Below, in pieces: positions 13,412-27,126 of a DNA stretch of 64,000 nt. Under the pieces are notes generated by a model. It was not told the origin of the DNA. It did not search any database and saw only the letters and a list, made by a program, of their open reading frames with translations. The translations under genes and the position numbers were made by a program. The DNA lies in NCBI GenBank assembly GCA_038496445.1, contig JALMLS010000440.1, forward strand, positions 186,001 through 250,000. Direction: 5' to 3'. The DNA comes from Trichosphaerium sp. ATCC 40318. Taxonomy: Eukaryota; Protista; Tubulinea. Each line of letters opens with the position of its first letter. Within the stretch, counting starts at the first letter, position 1.

Positions 13412-14559
13412 TCAATCCGCCCAAACTTCAATAATACATTGACTAAGATATTCAGCAATACCCTGCTTTGTAACTGAAGTTCCATGAATATCAATGAACT
13501 TAACACCAGAAAGAGCTTTGATTCCTTCATCTGTAATGCTCTTACATCCCAATAGAGAAATGTCATAGACACCAGTAAGCGCTTTGATGCCTTCATCTGT
13601 CACTGAAGTATAGCGTAGATTTATGGTATGAACACCAGCAAGAGCTACTATACCTTCATCTGTAACTGAAGTGTTGTTCAAGGTAATAGTGTGTACACCT
13701 TCCAACGCTTTGATACCTTCATCTGTAATACCTTTACACTCCGTAAGATTAATCTCATGAACACCAGCAAGAGCTTTCAACCCTTCATCTGTAATGCTCT
13801 CACAATTGCTAAGATCAATGGTATGTACACCAGAGAGACACTTCAAGCCTTCATCTGTTATTGAAGTTCCTTCAAGGTCAATAGTGTGTACACCAGAAAG
13901 AGGCTTCAAGCCTTCATCTGTTACTGAAGTTTGGGAAAGATGAATTTCATGAACACCTTTCAGTGCTTTGATACCTTCATCTGTAATACCTTCACATTCA
14001 TTAAGACAAATGGTGTGTACACCTGCAAGCGATCTAACTCCTTCATCTGTAATACGGCTACGCCAACGTAAGTTGATTGTATGAACACCAGCTAGAGCAT
14101 GTAACCCTTCATCTGTTATCCTTGCGCACTGAGAAAGGTCTACTTCATGACAACTAGAGAGCGATTTCAATCCTTCGACTGATGCGTTGATGCAGCTCAG
14201 TGCAATGGAGCGAACGCCTGAAAACTCTTTAATGAACGCTTCAGATAGAGATTTGCTCGATATCTTGACTTTTGTGTGTTGTAGAGTACTGCGATGTTTT
14301 AAAACTGCTCTTGCTTGCTCGATACTCGATATCGTGACTTCGTGGTATCCTATAACATCATGAATGATAGAAGCAAGGCAATGACATGTCTGACAAGCCG
14401 CGAATCGCGCTGTTGTCGTTCTTCGTAAAATATCCGCTAAAGTCTCTCTAGGAAGGTCTAAAATGCTTTGTGGAGCTCTATTATAGGTGTTACATTAAAT
14501 ATTGTGTAGAAATATCGCAAGTACGTTTGCTTTAAGCTAGTTAGCCTGTTTTTTGACAT
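13412..14559 (-). CDS. F-box-like + leucine-rich repeat protein
   Basis: Short first exon, then SILDLPRETLADIL...ACQTCHCL (F-box-like) and about 11 tandem 22-23-aa repeats ITDEGxKALxGVHTIxL. Confidence 0.8.
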
Positions 14560-15161
14560 ATATGGTTAAGGTGTTGTTATACGTTGCTGTTTACGCTGGT
14601 TCCGGTGGAAAATAATGGACTCAATCAACCGAAATAGAAGCGCTTTTTTTCGGCATTTTTTGTGGAATTTTTGAGGCTATGCAATCACTTTTATCGCTTT
14701 AAATTCGGTTTATCTTAGTAGGCTACACGAAGAACTTTTTGACATGTGACAAACTCTGAGCAAACCGTTATGTGAACACTTTACATTGGCAACGTAAAGT
14801 GTTTTCATAACAATATTCGTGTCACCCTGTGGCAGTTCTCTCTTTGAATTGATAAAAAAAAATTTCGTGACGCTGTACTGGAACTTGTTGCGGTCTTGTC
14901 AAATTATCAGAAAATCCTAATTCGATATCATCAAACAAGGTCTATTATTAGCGACAAATAGAAATCATTTACAACAGGGTTTTTTGGCTTAGAAGAAGAC
15001 TTTCAACCTTCCCTCAGATACAAGTTAGCTACCACACAAGTCAAGTGGTGAAGAAGTTGAGAAAAAAAAGAAAACTATCCAAGAGTTTGATTTCAAAATA
15101 CAACTTTCTTTTCTCTTTTATTTCTTCCTTTTTTTTATCATTTGCACACGTGTCCCCTTTA

Positions 15162-17904
15162 TTAGAACTGCCCAAATAATGGTTCCAAAGGCATAGTATA
15201 AGAAGCATCATCACTTCTACCCAGAGACTTCCAAGACGATAAAGAAGTGTGATGTTGATGGAAATTAGGTGAAAAAAAAGTATCAGACGGCTGCACTTGT
15301 ATTTTTGAAAAAAATTGTGCATCTGCTGCCTGGAAAGGTGTCAGAGGAGGTTGTCCTCTAGGAGATAAAGTCTTAATTGTTTGGTCCACTTGGACTTGCT
15401 GTTGAGGCCGATTTTCGTTATTTTCTCCATTCACCGCCAATGAACGCTTAAAAGGGTTCGTATGTAGCGTAATGACTTTTGTTTTTGTATTATCGGGTAC
15501 CAATTGGAAGGTAGTGCCAGATTGATTCTTGATTTGTGTTGACTTTTGTACAGGGTTGAATTTTCTCGCATTTGCTTTCGTATTTGTTGTAGGGTTTAGG
15601 GAAGTAGTAGGCCATTGACTTATTTCGTTTTTAGGCTTAACAAGCCTCTTTCCACTCTTACGTTGTTTAGACGTACAAGTATTGGCTGTTTCTGCCAATC
15701 TAGCTGTAAGATTTACTGATCCGTTCACTTTCTCATCTACGCTTCTCTCATTCTTTATAACAATACATAAAGAGTTATTCGTATCCTTCTTAGCTTGACG
15801 TAATTGCTGGGCGGTTAAAGGCTTTGTTAATAGGATTTTTCGCTTTACGTTCGGCGACTTTTCATTCTGATGAGTTTTGGGATGTTTTCCTGAAGAAAAG
15901 TGTCGTCGCGTAGATGCTCTTGTTGTTTTTTGTGGTTTAGGTGACATTATCTCCATTTCATCTTCAGAATGTTCTTCATCATCAGTTTCAGACATAGGAC
16001 AATCTTGAGACATAGACGTAGATGTTTGTAGATTAGCAGCACAGCTTAATTTATCTTCTCTACTTGGTGATCCTAAACGCAAAGAAAAACATAAGCACAA
16101 ACAGCCAAACAATATAAAATAGCCGCTAGCGTGTAACCAGAGCAACAAAACCACATATTTTGCTCGCACAAAAAGAAAAAAAAAAAATTCCTTCTAGATC
16201 ACCGCTACACATACCTTCATATTGAACCCACGTATATGTTGTACAATGCTCAGCACCAGGTAACTCCTATAACAACATATAAGTAACCAAATCATCAAAA
16301 GAGAAAACTAACGTTCAGTCAAAAAAAAGCCCAAAAGGAATTGAAAACATAGCGTCTTGAGCGCCACAGAGGCAAAAAAACAAAACGAGTCAGACAATAA
16401 CAACGTACTTGAAATAACATTCGAACTCGTGAATCACTAAATCCAAACATCTTAAAACCACGTCAATATACACCCCAATACATTCAAAGCAAAAAAACAA
16501 TAAAGGATTCGATAAAAAGTAATTACCCCTGGACCAGAAACTGATATTGTATCTTTTTTCTTAATCTTCTTTAAAATCTCCATCCAAGCCCTTGACGCCG
16601 TCCCATATACTTTATTACCAAGTTCAGGACAATCTTCGGGATACACCTAAACCGCTCTTAGCCAAAACACAACACCTCATCATACTATAACGAAACTACA
16701 ATAATATTTTGGCGCGATAGACGTAATACGGATAAAAACCCTTCCTTATCACAATAACGCAATCAAAGGATCACCACAGCCTTTACAGCATCCGAAATAT
16801 ACGAATAGAAGTACTTTTACGGTAATTTGGATGAAAAAGAGAAAAAACTTACCTTAAAACCTGGTGCTGTGTTTAAATCTACAATTTCAGATACGTATGT
16901 AACGTATTCTTTAGAATCCTTTATACTAGGCATTTTTCGTGTACTACAGGAGGTTTTACTAAAAATAAACAGAAAAAAAAAAGCCTGACGTCTACTTGTG
17001 TTTTTCTTTATACAATAAACGACGTCAAACGTATTTTTAAACGTTCAATCAAGCTTGAGAAGTAAAAACGAGCGTATTTTCGTGAAGAAAAAGACAAAAC
17101 AAGAATTCCTGCTAGTTTACATACCTTTTGAACCCTACAGGCCATATATAGTTCTTAGTGTGAAATTTGGGCCGCTCGCATACTACAGTCCCCAAACAGT
17201 GTATTGTTGCACCTTTTGCTTTGAAAGGGAGTATTGCTCTACCGTCAGCATCTCTAGTTACTTTCCTTGAAGAAAGACGTTAATTACCGACGTTGTACCA
17301 TGACCTTTTTTTTTTTTCGTTCAAAATATATTTGGTGTATTCAAAAGTATCTAGTTATATACCAATGTAATAATATATTCTATTGGTTATATATCTGATA
17401 GTGTAAGAAAAAATAATTCTTGAACTTGCTGCTTGACGTGAAAACCGTTTTTCGTTAAATTCAGCCTTTAAATACTTTTTTTTTTAATGAATTGGGGGTT
17501 AAAGGATTTTAATCAATTAGGCAGCGGGGTTTTGTTTGTAGCGTGTAATTAAGTGTGAATAAATGAAGGCGAATAGGTTTTAAAGTTCGTGAATAGACCC
17601 CACATCATCTATGATAACTGCGGGATGTATTACCAACGTTAAGGAAATTGAGCCAGCACAATTATGGTTTCAACGTTTGTAGTTTAGCGTTTGCTCCAAT
17701 AATTGACAGCGAACCACTACATGATACGCCCGTTGTTTTCGTTACTTTGAAAATCAAAAAGAGACCCGTTGTTACTTACTTCAATCTCTTTGACTTCGTC
17801 TTTGTCCTACGTTGTTTTTTTGAAGGTGGAGGAGAAGAACCCGAGTCCGTAAGATTAGTTGTTTGCCTTGTCCTTTTTCTAGATATTCTGTTTCGTGTGG
17901 ACAT
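15162..17904 (-). CDS. FYRN/FYRC-domain nuclear protein (TBRG1-like) with long low-complexity C-terminus
   Basis: Exons VLSLGTVVCERPNFHTKNYIWPVGFKS|TRKMPS...YVSEIVD...GFK|VYPED...GTASRAWMEIL...VSGP|EMFGFSD...|ELPGAEHCTTY join the 15162 ORF. Basic NLS-like first exon MSTRNRISRKR. Confidence 0.8.
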
Positions 17905-18174
17905 AAATTAAATTAAATAAAGCAGAGACGTCCTGCAGAGTGAAAAAGGCTAAAAACTGAAATTACCTTAAACGTTATCAACTTAATCTCCAAGCCGCTC
18001 GGACATTTTCCTTTCACAACCCCATGTCAACTTTATACATATCTTTATGTATGCGTAGATAGTAATCGATTGGGCGTTTAAAAAAGAATACGTGAATCAA
18101 AAGCAAACCCAAAAATTAAAAGAAAAAACGCGTGCAGGTGACAATAATACATTTTTAGAGACTGCTCTTTACAT

Positions 18175-21100
18175 TTATACAGGGTTTGGTTTGTGTTTTT
18201 TCCGCCAGCGCGTGGGATTATTGAGAAAGGATTCAAGTCTTGCTAATTTCTCGTTTGAGTAGCTATTTAGGTCTATTTCTACTTCACCACTCTATTAAAA
18301 TAGTCAGGAATACAACTAATAAAAACAGAAGTTCACTTTTTTGTTGTTCTCAAAACTCGATAAAATTCACATTCAAAGGGAGTTAACACAATAAAAATCC
18401 TAAAATCGTACCGCGCTTGGTTTTACAGCTAAAATCGATAATATTTCATTAATGTCTGCTGGGTTTTGCAAGTTGTTCAGTTTTGCGCCGAGTTTATCTT
18501 TCTCTGTCTTTGTATATACTTTAGTACCATTGGACGCCATGCTAAATAGGATAAGATAAGGACAAAACGCGAAAATCAGTCGATTTAAAAATAAAATATG
18601 TACCTTTCATCATAGCTTCGTTTCTGGCCTGTTTTTTGTCTAAAACCAACATTGTTAGCGATAACTCGATAACTACAATGTAACGAGCGTTTTTAAAGTA
18701 TAAACAAACGTACGATCGTGCTGGTGCTGGTGTTGAGTTTGGTGGTGGTATAAGCTTTCCTAAAGGCTTTCCAGGCCTAAGTTTACCTGTGTACGTAGTT
18801 TCATACAGTACTTCTAAAGAAACAAGACATCAATCTTGGTGACAATTTGCGCGGCAAAAAAACCCAAAAAATTTTTCCATTTTTCGCGTGCACTGCTACT
18901 CGCTCAGAATTCTGTCAAAATGATGTGTGTACTATACAACAAGCGTAGAAGTGTAATTATAAACGAGTAGACGTACGGTTTGTAACTGCTGGATCGAAGT
19001 CTGCAGGAAGTCCAAGCTTCCGCTTTAACGCTGTATACTTACTCTCCCAGAATTTATAAAGGCCTTCTGCGGTGTTCCAGACAGGCGAACGTGGCATGTT
19101 GTACAACATTGCATTTGCCCAAGTAAAGCGTATATCATTTGCAAACCCTTTAATGGTTTTGTATTTGCCAGTAATCAAGTTTTCCTGTTAACAAGTAAGA
19201 GCTGGAACTGTTTCTTCGGAGAATTCTTTTTTTCCCTCCCTCTAGTCGTACCTTGACAGTACCAAGATCCATAGGGTTTTTGACAACAGTTGGGTAATCA
19301 AAAAGATTGTGTTTCTTCCAATCAACAGGTTCCTGAAATATTTCAGCTCCAGGCTGATTCCATATTACGTTAAGGACTGCTTTACACCTTTCAACAATAG
19401 CTGGTGTCTATGCAAGCACATTAGACGAAAAAACCACAAGCGAAGAGAAGCGTTAACAACGAAGGCAACCACACAACGCAGTTATTCGCAAGAAATTTTC
19501 CACAAGAAAAAAATTGACGAACCATTTTACTTTTTGCTGCTGGTGATAATGACTTTGCTTTCTTTGGTGGTTTAGGCTTAGGTTTAGGCTTTGGTTTTGG
19601 TTTAGGCTTATGAGCGGCTTTGGTAGGTGTCACAGACATTTTTTGTAGAGACGAAAGATGAGGAACTGTTAACTTCTACGCACTGGTTACAACAAAACGC
19701 TTTACTTTGAACAAAGTCCCTGTGTACCTTAACTACAGCATGTTTTATAAACTTGTAGATGTCTTGTCCAAGATCTACTTTTTTGGCCAAGTACGTCGTT
19801 ATTCCAAGGTATGCGCAGTATTGCGCAACTCTAAACAACGCGTAAACACTTACGTAGACTTAACATTATAAAAAACGTACTTGTCACATTTATATCTTTC
19901 TGCGAATTTTAGAACTCCTGTCATCGTCTTTGTGTTAACATTAGATAATAGTAGACCCTCAGCGTAGGTAGTCAATCTATAAAAATATTTCAGTACATAG
20001 GATTGTTTGTAATCACGTTTAGATTGCTTTGAAGCGTTAAATAATCGGAATAGAACCATAGTAGATTAACAAATAAACAATCAAACAAAGTCACTACTTA
20101 CGTGTGTATTTCCCATTTTTTTGCTGCTTCCCATATATCTAATATTGTTTTCACATCAACCTGTCCATCCGTATCAAAAAGGAAATCACCAGTATAAAGA
20201 AATTCAAGAACATTTATCAAAACAGCTGGTTTAACCATATTGAGTTGCTCACCGGCAAGTTCCTAGAGCGAATAACTGGTTAGAAGCAAACTAGTGTATT
20301 TTATCGGCGATACAAGTTGACATTTCGATAAAATGACGAAGATACAAAAAAAAACATTTGTCGTTTTGTTCTCATTTTACGTACATAGAGCGTCTTTGAT
20401 CGTTTGGCTATAATACATTTGTGTCCATAGAACGTTTGGCCATCGCAAAAAAATTTCAAATCGCTAAACTCCTGAGGTAGAGATTAGATTGATTAGTTAA
20501 AGAGAATGAATTCATTCAAAATGAGTAAATTTGTTTTTTGATTTCCGTTGAATAAAAGTGTCTAGAAGCGTTAATTATCATACTTTGTTGTTTACAAGGC
20601 TTCTAAGATCTGCTGCGAGGCTTGTAAGAGGTGATTTATAAGTTGGTTTTTGATCTAAGGGTCACTTTAGTCAAAAGTCTTTTGATTATTGTTGCGTGTA
20701 AATAATAGAATTGGTTCATCTTGACAATACCTTGAAGCTGTAGAAGTTGTACAGGAGTTTTTCCATTAATATCAAGTACAACAGTGGAAGCAGATTTTTT
20801 AACTAGAAAAGCAGCTAATTGATGATATCCCACCATAGTAGCAATATGTAGAGGTGTACGTTTATACTAAAAACATAAAAATTAATTGACCGAATAAAGG
20901 TAATAATAAACATACTAAAAGGACAGAAAATAACAAAAAAAAAACCAGTCAAATCAAGTGAAGACAGAAAATAAGAAAAAAACTTTTTCGTACAAAATGT
21001 CTTTACAATTTTTTTTTTTGGTCTTTTGACACTTCTTCACTAAAAAAAATGCGTACGTTATCAACAGGGTCACATTTAGCGCCATGATCAGTTAGTGCTT

Positions 21101-21960
21101 TTATAATGCTATAGTGGTTATAATATGCTGCGTAGTGCATTGGAGTCCACTTGAAACTATCGGTTGTATTAACCTAAAACAAAAACGAAGTTAGTAATTT
21201 GTTCCTAGCTTTCTTTGTTTCTTCTTACAAAACTAGCATCGTGTACTAATAATCCTTGAAGACACTTTGTTTGACCTTTTATAGCAGCAATATGAATAGC
21301 ATTTTGCTTCTTACTATTCACTTGAGCACCAATTTTGGCTCCTTTAGTCAATAGTAGAGATATACCTATCGAAAGAAGAAAAATTAGAAAAAAATCAAAA
21401 CGTCATAATCAAAGGACTTATTGATTGAAAAAACATGATAAAGTAATATACGTGTATCTCAAGCACGCAACAAAAAATTTGATGAGGGTGCACAAAGGGT
21501 AAAAAAACGAAAAAATCAAAAATTGAATTTTGTGGAGTTTTTTTCTGTAATTTCTACCAAGAGGTACATTTTTTAAAAGCAATTTAGTTCGTTTCATTCG
21601 CGTCGAATAGTCATTGTGCTATCGATACAACAGTCTTTTTTTATCATGTCAAAAAAAAAACCAACCAACGGTTGTGGAAGAGGACGTTTTGGCGTGTTTT
21701 TAGATACGTACTGCGTTGAGAACCACCAAGAACAGCAAAATGCAATGGGTACACGTTCTTATTTGGTAGAAGCGCGTTAGGTTGTCCTACGGGTACTTTA
21801 GTATAATCGAGTACATTCTCAAGGAAGAGTGAAGAGTTTTAAGTGCGTCTGTAATCAACTGCAAGCAATAGCACCTTTATAGAGCTAATAATGCTATTGG
21901 TTGCATAATGTCAAACATGCCGTTAGGCGCCCAAAAAAAATTGATGGCAGCTGTTTTTCC
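18175..21960 (-). CDS. Ankyrin-BTB-bromodomain-ET protein; 5' end approximate
   Basis: Ankyrin motifs (YPLHFAV, AIHIAAIKG, WTPMHYAA, RTPLHIA); BTB (VLINVLEFLYTG); (PK)n linker; bromodomain (DYPTVVKNPMDLGTVK...FANDIRFTWANAMLYN); ET-like (EKDKLGAKLNNL...GEVEIDLNSYS). Similar architecture is known from Dictyostelium. Confidence 0.82.
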
Positions 21961-22752
21961 ATACTGCTGCTTATGAATTTTGTAAATCCGGAGCAATAAG
22001 AGCGATTTTTAGGCATTTGAAAAGATCGTGAAAAAACAGATTAGGCTGTGCGCCATAATATCGATCAAAAGCAAGCAAACTATGCCGATTACTTAAAAAG
22101 TAAGCGCGTGAGTTATATTAAAACATAAAACATGGCCTCGTATGTTTAAAAAGCTAATCTGTCTTTACCGCGTTGACAAGCTTCAGAAATAGTATTGTAT
22201 GTGTCTCCCTCCATTAATGCACTAGTGGAGCAATATTTCCTACCACTTGCTCCACAGTACGGACCAACGAAGATAAAAAGAAAACTCGGAATTTTTAACG
22301 ACAATGACAACTTGAGGTCAAGTTCGATTCCAAAGCCCATGTTTTGTCTATGATAACGCTGTAGGTATGTAGATGTGTAGAAGGTGCGTAAAGTCGATCC
22401 TGTTCACGTAAGGGTCAGAAAGCTTCATTGTTTTTTGGGCTCATGCTTTTAATTGCTTTTTTCTCTGTCGTTTCGTAAGTTGTGCTGCTTTAGAGGTTGT
22501 TGGTACTTGTTAATGTTATGAGTCGTACTGAAACTTCCAGATGAGTATAGTACAAATTCGCTGGAGTCTATTTTTGGAATTCTTAATTGATTTGTTGCTA
22601 AACAAAGACAATACTGCACAACGTGTATCTGTTTTGTATTGTTATAGCTCTTTTCCTTAACAATGTATGTGTGTTTAATTGGGTGTATGTTACAGCGAGT
22701 AACAAGGCTAAGTATATTTATTATTGTAAGATACATTCAGGATATAATAAGA

Positions 22753-23899
22753 TCAGTACTTGTAATACATTAAATAATAGAACGCAAGAAACAAAAATAT
22801 GACAAAAGGAACAATAGATTGCCATATGTCTGGTGGTCCATGGCGACTATGAACAGTTAAACGGCCGCTCGTATCCCACTCCTTATGCTCTCCATATTTC
22901 CGACGACATCTTTTATGGTACATGGTCTTCATGTTACCATTCTTGTACCACTTTTTGTACTGACCATGTTGTTCGCCATTGAGATAGTTTGCTTGGATTT
23001 TTATTTGTCCATTTTCATACCACTCTTTGAACTCTCCTTCTCGTTTGTGATTAATGTATTGTGCTTTGTATATTATTTGTCCATTTTGAAGCCACTTCTT
23101 ACACTCTCCATCACTAATTCCATTGACGAAATGACAGTGTTCCCTTAACTGTCCGTTTTCATGCCATGTCTTGTATTCTCCATTTCGTCTACCATTCTTG
23201 TAGTGACTACATTCTATAATATTACCGTTTTCATACCACATCTTACATTCTCCGTTACGTCTACCACCCAAATAGCTAGATGCTTCCTTTAATTGGCCGT
23301 TCTTGTACCATCTCTTATAATCTCCTTCATACTCATTATGGTGGTAGTTACAGTGTAACTCCAGTTGGCCATCATCATACCAGGTCTTGAGTTCTCCCTC
23401 TAGTTTATCATTTATGTAATGGTACTGATGCCGCAAGCGCGTATTTTTATGCCAAGCCTTGTATTTTCCTTCTTTTTTACCATTTTTGTAACAAAGTACA
23501 ATTAATTGGCCATTTTTTGTCAGCCAACTTTTGAGCTCTCCGTCAAGTTTTCCGTTCACATAGTACTGCTCAATGTACAGTTTTCCATTTTTGTACCACC
23601 TCTTATACTCTCTATGTCGTTGGGTATGTCTCCAATCATCTTCAGCCTAAAGACATGTAAATGTCAAGTTTTCATTTATTGTTTTTACCATAAAATCAAA
23701 AGTCTGAGGATCATATTTGAATTTTCCATTTCCCATGTTTCTTTAACTCATCATCAAATCTTGTAGTCGTTGCTGTGTATTTTGATAAAACAGGCCATAT
23801 TAGATAAATTTCTGTATCCAAATCAATAATATCGAGCTGTAACTCAAATGGAAGGTTTAAGAGATGGCAAATAGGCGTAGGTGGCGAAGCAGTCATCAT
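22753..23899 (-). CDS. F-box-like + MORN-variant (YwqK-like) repeat protein with C-terminal TM; apparent +1 frameshift near 23722
   Basis: About 11 repeats of GEYKxWYENGQLxxxxxYxNG; C-terminal IVPFVIFLFLAFYYL. The N-terminal ORF stops at KWKIQI* while the shifted frame continues FKYDPQTFDFM|intron|AEDDWRH. Confidence 0.72.
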
Positions 23900-24109
23900 C
23901 TAATACTGTTATTGTATGTTTAGTTATGAACCCTTTATTTCAGGATAGATCACAAAGTATAAAAGATTGTTAATCCTTCAACGGTTGTTAAACAATTTAT
24001 GACTATTTATTTTGTAGTGCACTTGACTAATTTTGAACGTGTTCAGTTTTTACATGTCAGGTCATAGCACAGTTTGTGAACCTCATCTCGACATCAAGGA
24101 TTCTAAGCG

Positions 24110-24250
24110 CCAAACTTACCACTCTAGTTGGACTATTTGTATTCTCCATTCAGTCTACCAGTGACATCTAAGCTTTGCGTGACCATCTTCACACCATACT
24201 TTGGGTTCTTGTAGATCCTCGTAATTGATATGGATGTACAAGAGTGTGAT
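24110..24250 (-). pseudogene. Degenerate MORN-variant relic
   Basis: Fragments KVWCEDG and RLNGEYK with stops. Confidence 0.35.
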
Positions 24251-24586
24251 ATGATGGTAAAGCTTTATAAAGGAAAAACCTAATCTTTGGAATGAAGATA
24301 TAGGCGAGCCTTGTTCTGTCAGTCATCAATAAAATCTAGGCAAAATTTATAACAAAAAATGTAAGCAAGCCCATCATGTGTCTATTGATGGGTTCAAAAT
24401 ACCTTGTAGATACAGCCACCATGCGGCTGTCATAGTTGACCGTTAATTTCATAAGTCGTGAATGCGTTCAGGTCTTTGTTAAAAAATTATGGTTTATTCT
24501 TTGCACACAAAAGTGGATGTGACGCACATGATTGATGTAATAGAAAAACTTCGTTTGGTGATAATTCAAATCTGGTAAACAGTACC

Positions 24587-25585
24587 ATGGCCACGTGTTG
24601 TGGTGTTTGCGCCACTTTGATAGTAGCTTTGATGAGTGTATTCGTATATTTTCTAGTAACGACAGCACCTACAGAGGCATACAAACCTGTAGACACGGAA
24701 GACATTATTGCTGAGCATGGAAAGTTCCTTAGACTGTCAAACGGTCGTATCCTTGAATATTTTGAATCAGGTGACATAACATCAGGTGATACTATACTAT
24801 TCCTTCATGGATATGGCCAGACAGGTCGATTCTTTAAGTTTTATTCGAAAATTTTTAGGAAACTAAAAGTACGCGTTTTATCCCCTAGTTACCCTGGTAC
24901 TGGGCGATCAGAGTTCTTTCCTTATGAGTTTAAAGACTTTCATAAATATGCAGAAGAATTATTGAATCACGTGGGAACTTATAAAATTTATGCTGTGGGT
25001 GTCTCAAATGGAGGTCCTCATATTGCTGCTGTAGCTGCAGGTCTTGGAGATCGAATTAAAGACATTGCGATGATCGTACCTCTTTCAGAAAAAGTACCAG
25101 GGAATGATCCGTTTAAAGAATGTCCCTTGATGTTTAGAACAGCGATGACGCTACTACAGCTTCCTTATATTGGCAGTTTTATTAATAATTATGTTGTTAG
25201 ACCTTCTCTTAGATATGATCCTATCGGTCATTTCGAGAAACTGATTCCAGAAGAATGGGCCATTTTAAGAAACGAGGCAAGTAAAGAAGAGATGGAGAAC
25301 CTGGCGAATGACCAAGCGCGTGGTGTTGTAGAAGGTGTTGATAGCTTGACTCATGTTATGTATCTTAATAGTAGACCTTGGGGTATTGATTATGGTAAAG
25401 TGGGGGAGAACAGAAGAGTATTTATTTACTCTTGTTCACGTGACACAGTTTGCCCTAGTTCTGGTCAGGAGTACTTGGCAAGCCGTATACCTAATAGTCA
25501 ACTCATTAAATACGGCTGTTCTCATATGACATCGTTCTCACATTTAACAGAAATTATACAGAAATTAATGCGCCATGACGAATAA
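24587..25585 (+). CDS. Intronless alpha/beta hydrolase with N-terminal membrane anchor
   Basis: ILFLHGYG oxyanion motif, GVSNGG nucleophile elbow, acid in RDTVCP, His in SHM; N-terminal hydrophobic segment. Confidence 0.9.
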   Translation: MATCCGVCATLIVALMSVFVYFLVTTAPTEAYKPVDTEDIIAEHGKFLRLSNGRILEYFESGDITSGDTILFLHGYGQTGRFFKFYSKIFRKLKVRVLSPSYPGTGRSEFFPYEFKDFHKYAEELLNHVGTYKIYAVGVSNGGPHIAAVAAGLGDRIKDIAMIVPLSEKVPGNDPFKECPLMFRTAMTLLQLPYIGSFINNYVVRPSLRYDPIGHFEKLIPEEWAILRNEASKEEMENLANDQARGVVEGVDSLTHVMYLNSRPWGIDYGKVGENRRVFIYSCSRDTVCPSSGQEYLASRIPNSQLIKYGCSHMTSFSHLTEIIQKLMRHDE

Positions 25586-25939
25586 ATGTGAAGCACGTTT
25601 TTGTGAAGCAGTTTCTACTTGTATCTCTTGTTTGTTTTTGTCTTTTCAATAAATTAAAGGTGTTTGCACGTAGTAGTTCCTTTCGTGTTCACAAGTCACT
25701 TGGTGATGGAGTTTATGGCTTTGCTTGTGTTCATAGTGTTTACTACATTTCGCTACAAGGATGTAAACGTATCACAGGATCATGTATTACGTACCTTACA
25801 GATGTAAACTGTTAACTTGTCAGGCGAAATGCAACAGATGATTGACAGTTTCCACTTTCAGCTATTAGCGCAATAGGATTAAATGGCTACAATAGGGTTG
25901 CATCAATGTTACAACTAGTTCTTGAAGAAAAAGATAAAA

Positions 25940-26210
25940 AACAATAAAAAAAAGAAAATTATGTAAAGGGCAAGGCACAAGGAGCTTATTTGAAATGGAT
26001 GGCACAGTAACGGGCAATTGTACTACAGATCCTTTTAAAAACAAAAATAGAAGACAGGGAGAGTTTAAGTCATTTTTTGCCAATGGACAATTAGGACAGA
26101 AATGCATGTATAAGAATGATCTCAAAGAAGGAGAGGAAGAGTGCTGGACAAGAGATGGCACATTGAAAACGCGCTACTTTTATAGAAACGGCATCAGAAG
26201 ATCACGTTAA
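25940..26210 (+). pseudogene. MORN-variant repeat fragment
   Basis: ENYVKGKAQG (shifted frame) then RQGEFKSFFANGQLGQKCMYKNDLKEGEEECWTRDG; no intact 5' part. Confidence 0.6.
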
Positions 26211-26664
26211 CAACTTTTCAAAGTTACTAAACACAACCGGTGAAAAGATAATACATGTGACAAATATTGTACTAATAAACCTTCATTTCAGTCAAACATA
26301 CTGTACATAGCAATTCCAAGTTTATTTCAACCTTGGAATTATGTTATGTTCATCTTTACTAGTCACTGTAAATCGTGCATTGGTATTTAAGGTCTTAGCT
26401 GACTTCATGTTATGTTCTGAGTGTGAAGAGTTCCCGTTATCAATGGTTAATGGACAGAGATATTGTATATGGTGTGCTAGGTGGAACAGCAAAAGGTCAC
26501 CACCACTACTAGAAGTTCCTAACATGTGCACAGACTGTGATTGCATTCATTGATGTTGTGAATAAGATAACTATTGTATTCTTATTCAATAAGAAAGAAT
26601 ATGGAAATGTGAGGAAGAAGAACTGAACCTGTAGTAATACTTTATTACATTTTGCACGTGATAT

Positions 26665-27126
26665 TTATGCCACTATTGTGTCAAGTATTGTTACTTTGTC
26701 TGCATCTTTCAATGGCGTCTTTAGCTCAGCTCCATTGATTAAAACAATTGTGGATACTATTGCATCAGCAATTTGAGGGTATCTATCTGCCACAATCTTT
26801 TTTAGAGCAGCAGGAGTTGTCTCATTGAATTATTAGCTTGTAAACAACAAATAAAGGCGTACTTGTACTGGTACTTCAAGATCTAAAGTCAATTCACCAC
26901 CAAACACTTTTTTAATCTCCTCAGAAGCGAACGTGCACACTATGCGTATTTTCTATAGCCAAGTATTGGTTTTTTGTAGAAAACAATGTTAACTTGCTTG
27001 TGGGGGTATATACTCCAAATTAGGCGTATCAGTAGGTTTATCCGACTTATTTGAAGGTTTGGGTATTTCAGAAAGCTTTCTGTCTGTGGTTTTACCCGAG
27101 CTTCTGTGCATCATCATCCACATCAT
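26665..27126 (-). CDS. MoaD/ThiS/URM1-like beta-grasp protein lacking C-terminal GG
   Basis: Three exons splice in frame (one GC donor): KIRIVCTFASEEIKKVFGGELTLDLEVPVQ|TTPAALKKIVADRYPQ...IVLING...PLKDADKVTILDTIVA*. Confidence 0.55.

Noticed and set aside
22146-22440. Possible Kazal-like small protein (GPYCGASGRKYCST)
   Set aside because: Could not build a convincing start and exon structure; Cys pattern incomplete.
26408-26553. ZZ/B-box-like Cys pattern (CSECEEFP...RYCIWC...CTDCDCIH)
   Set aside because: Very short, with no supporting gene structure; could be a relic or chance.
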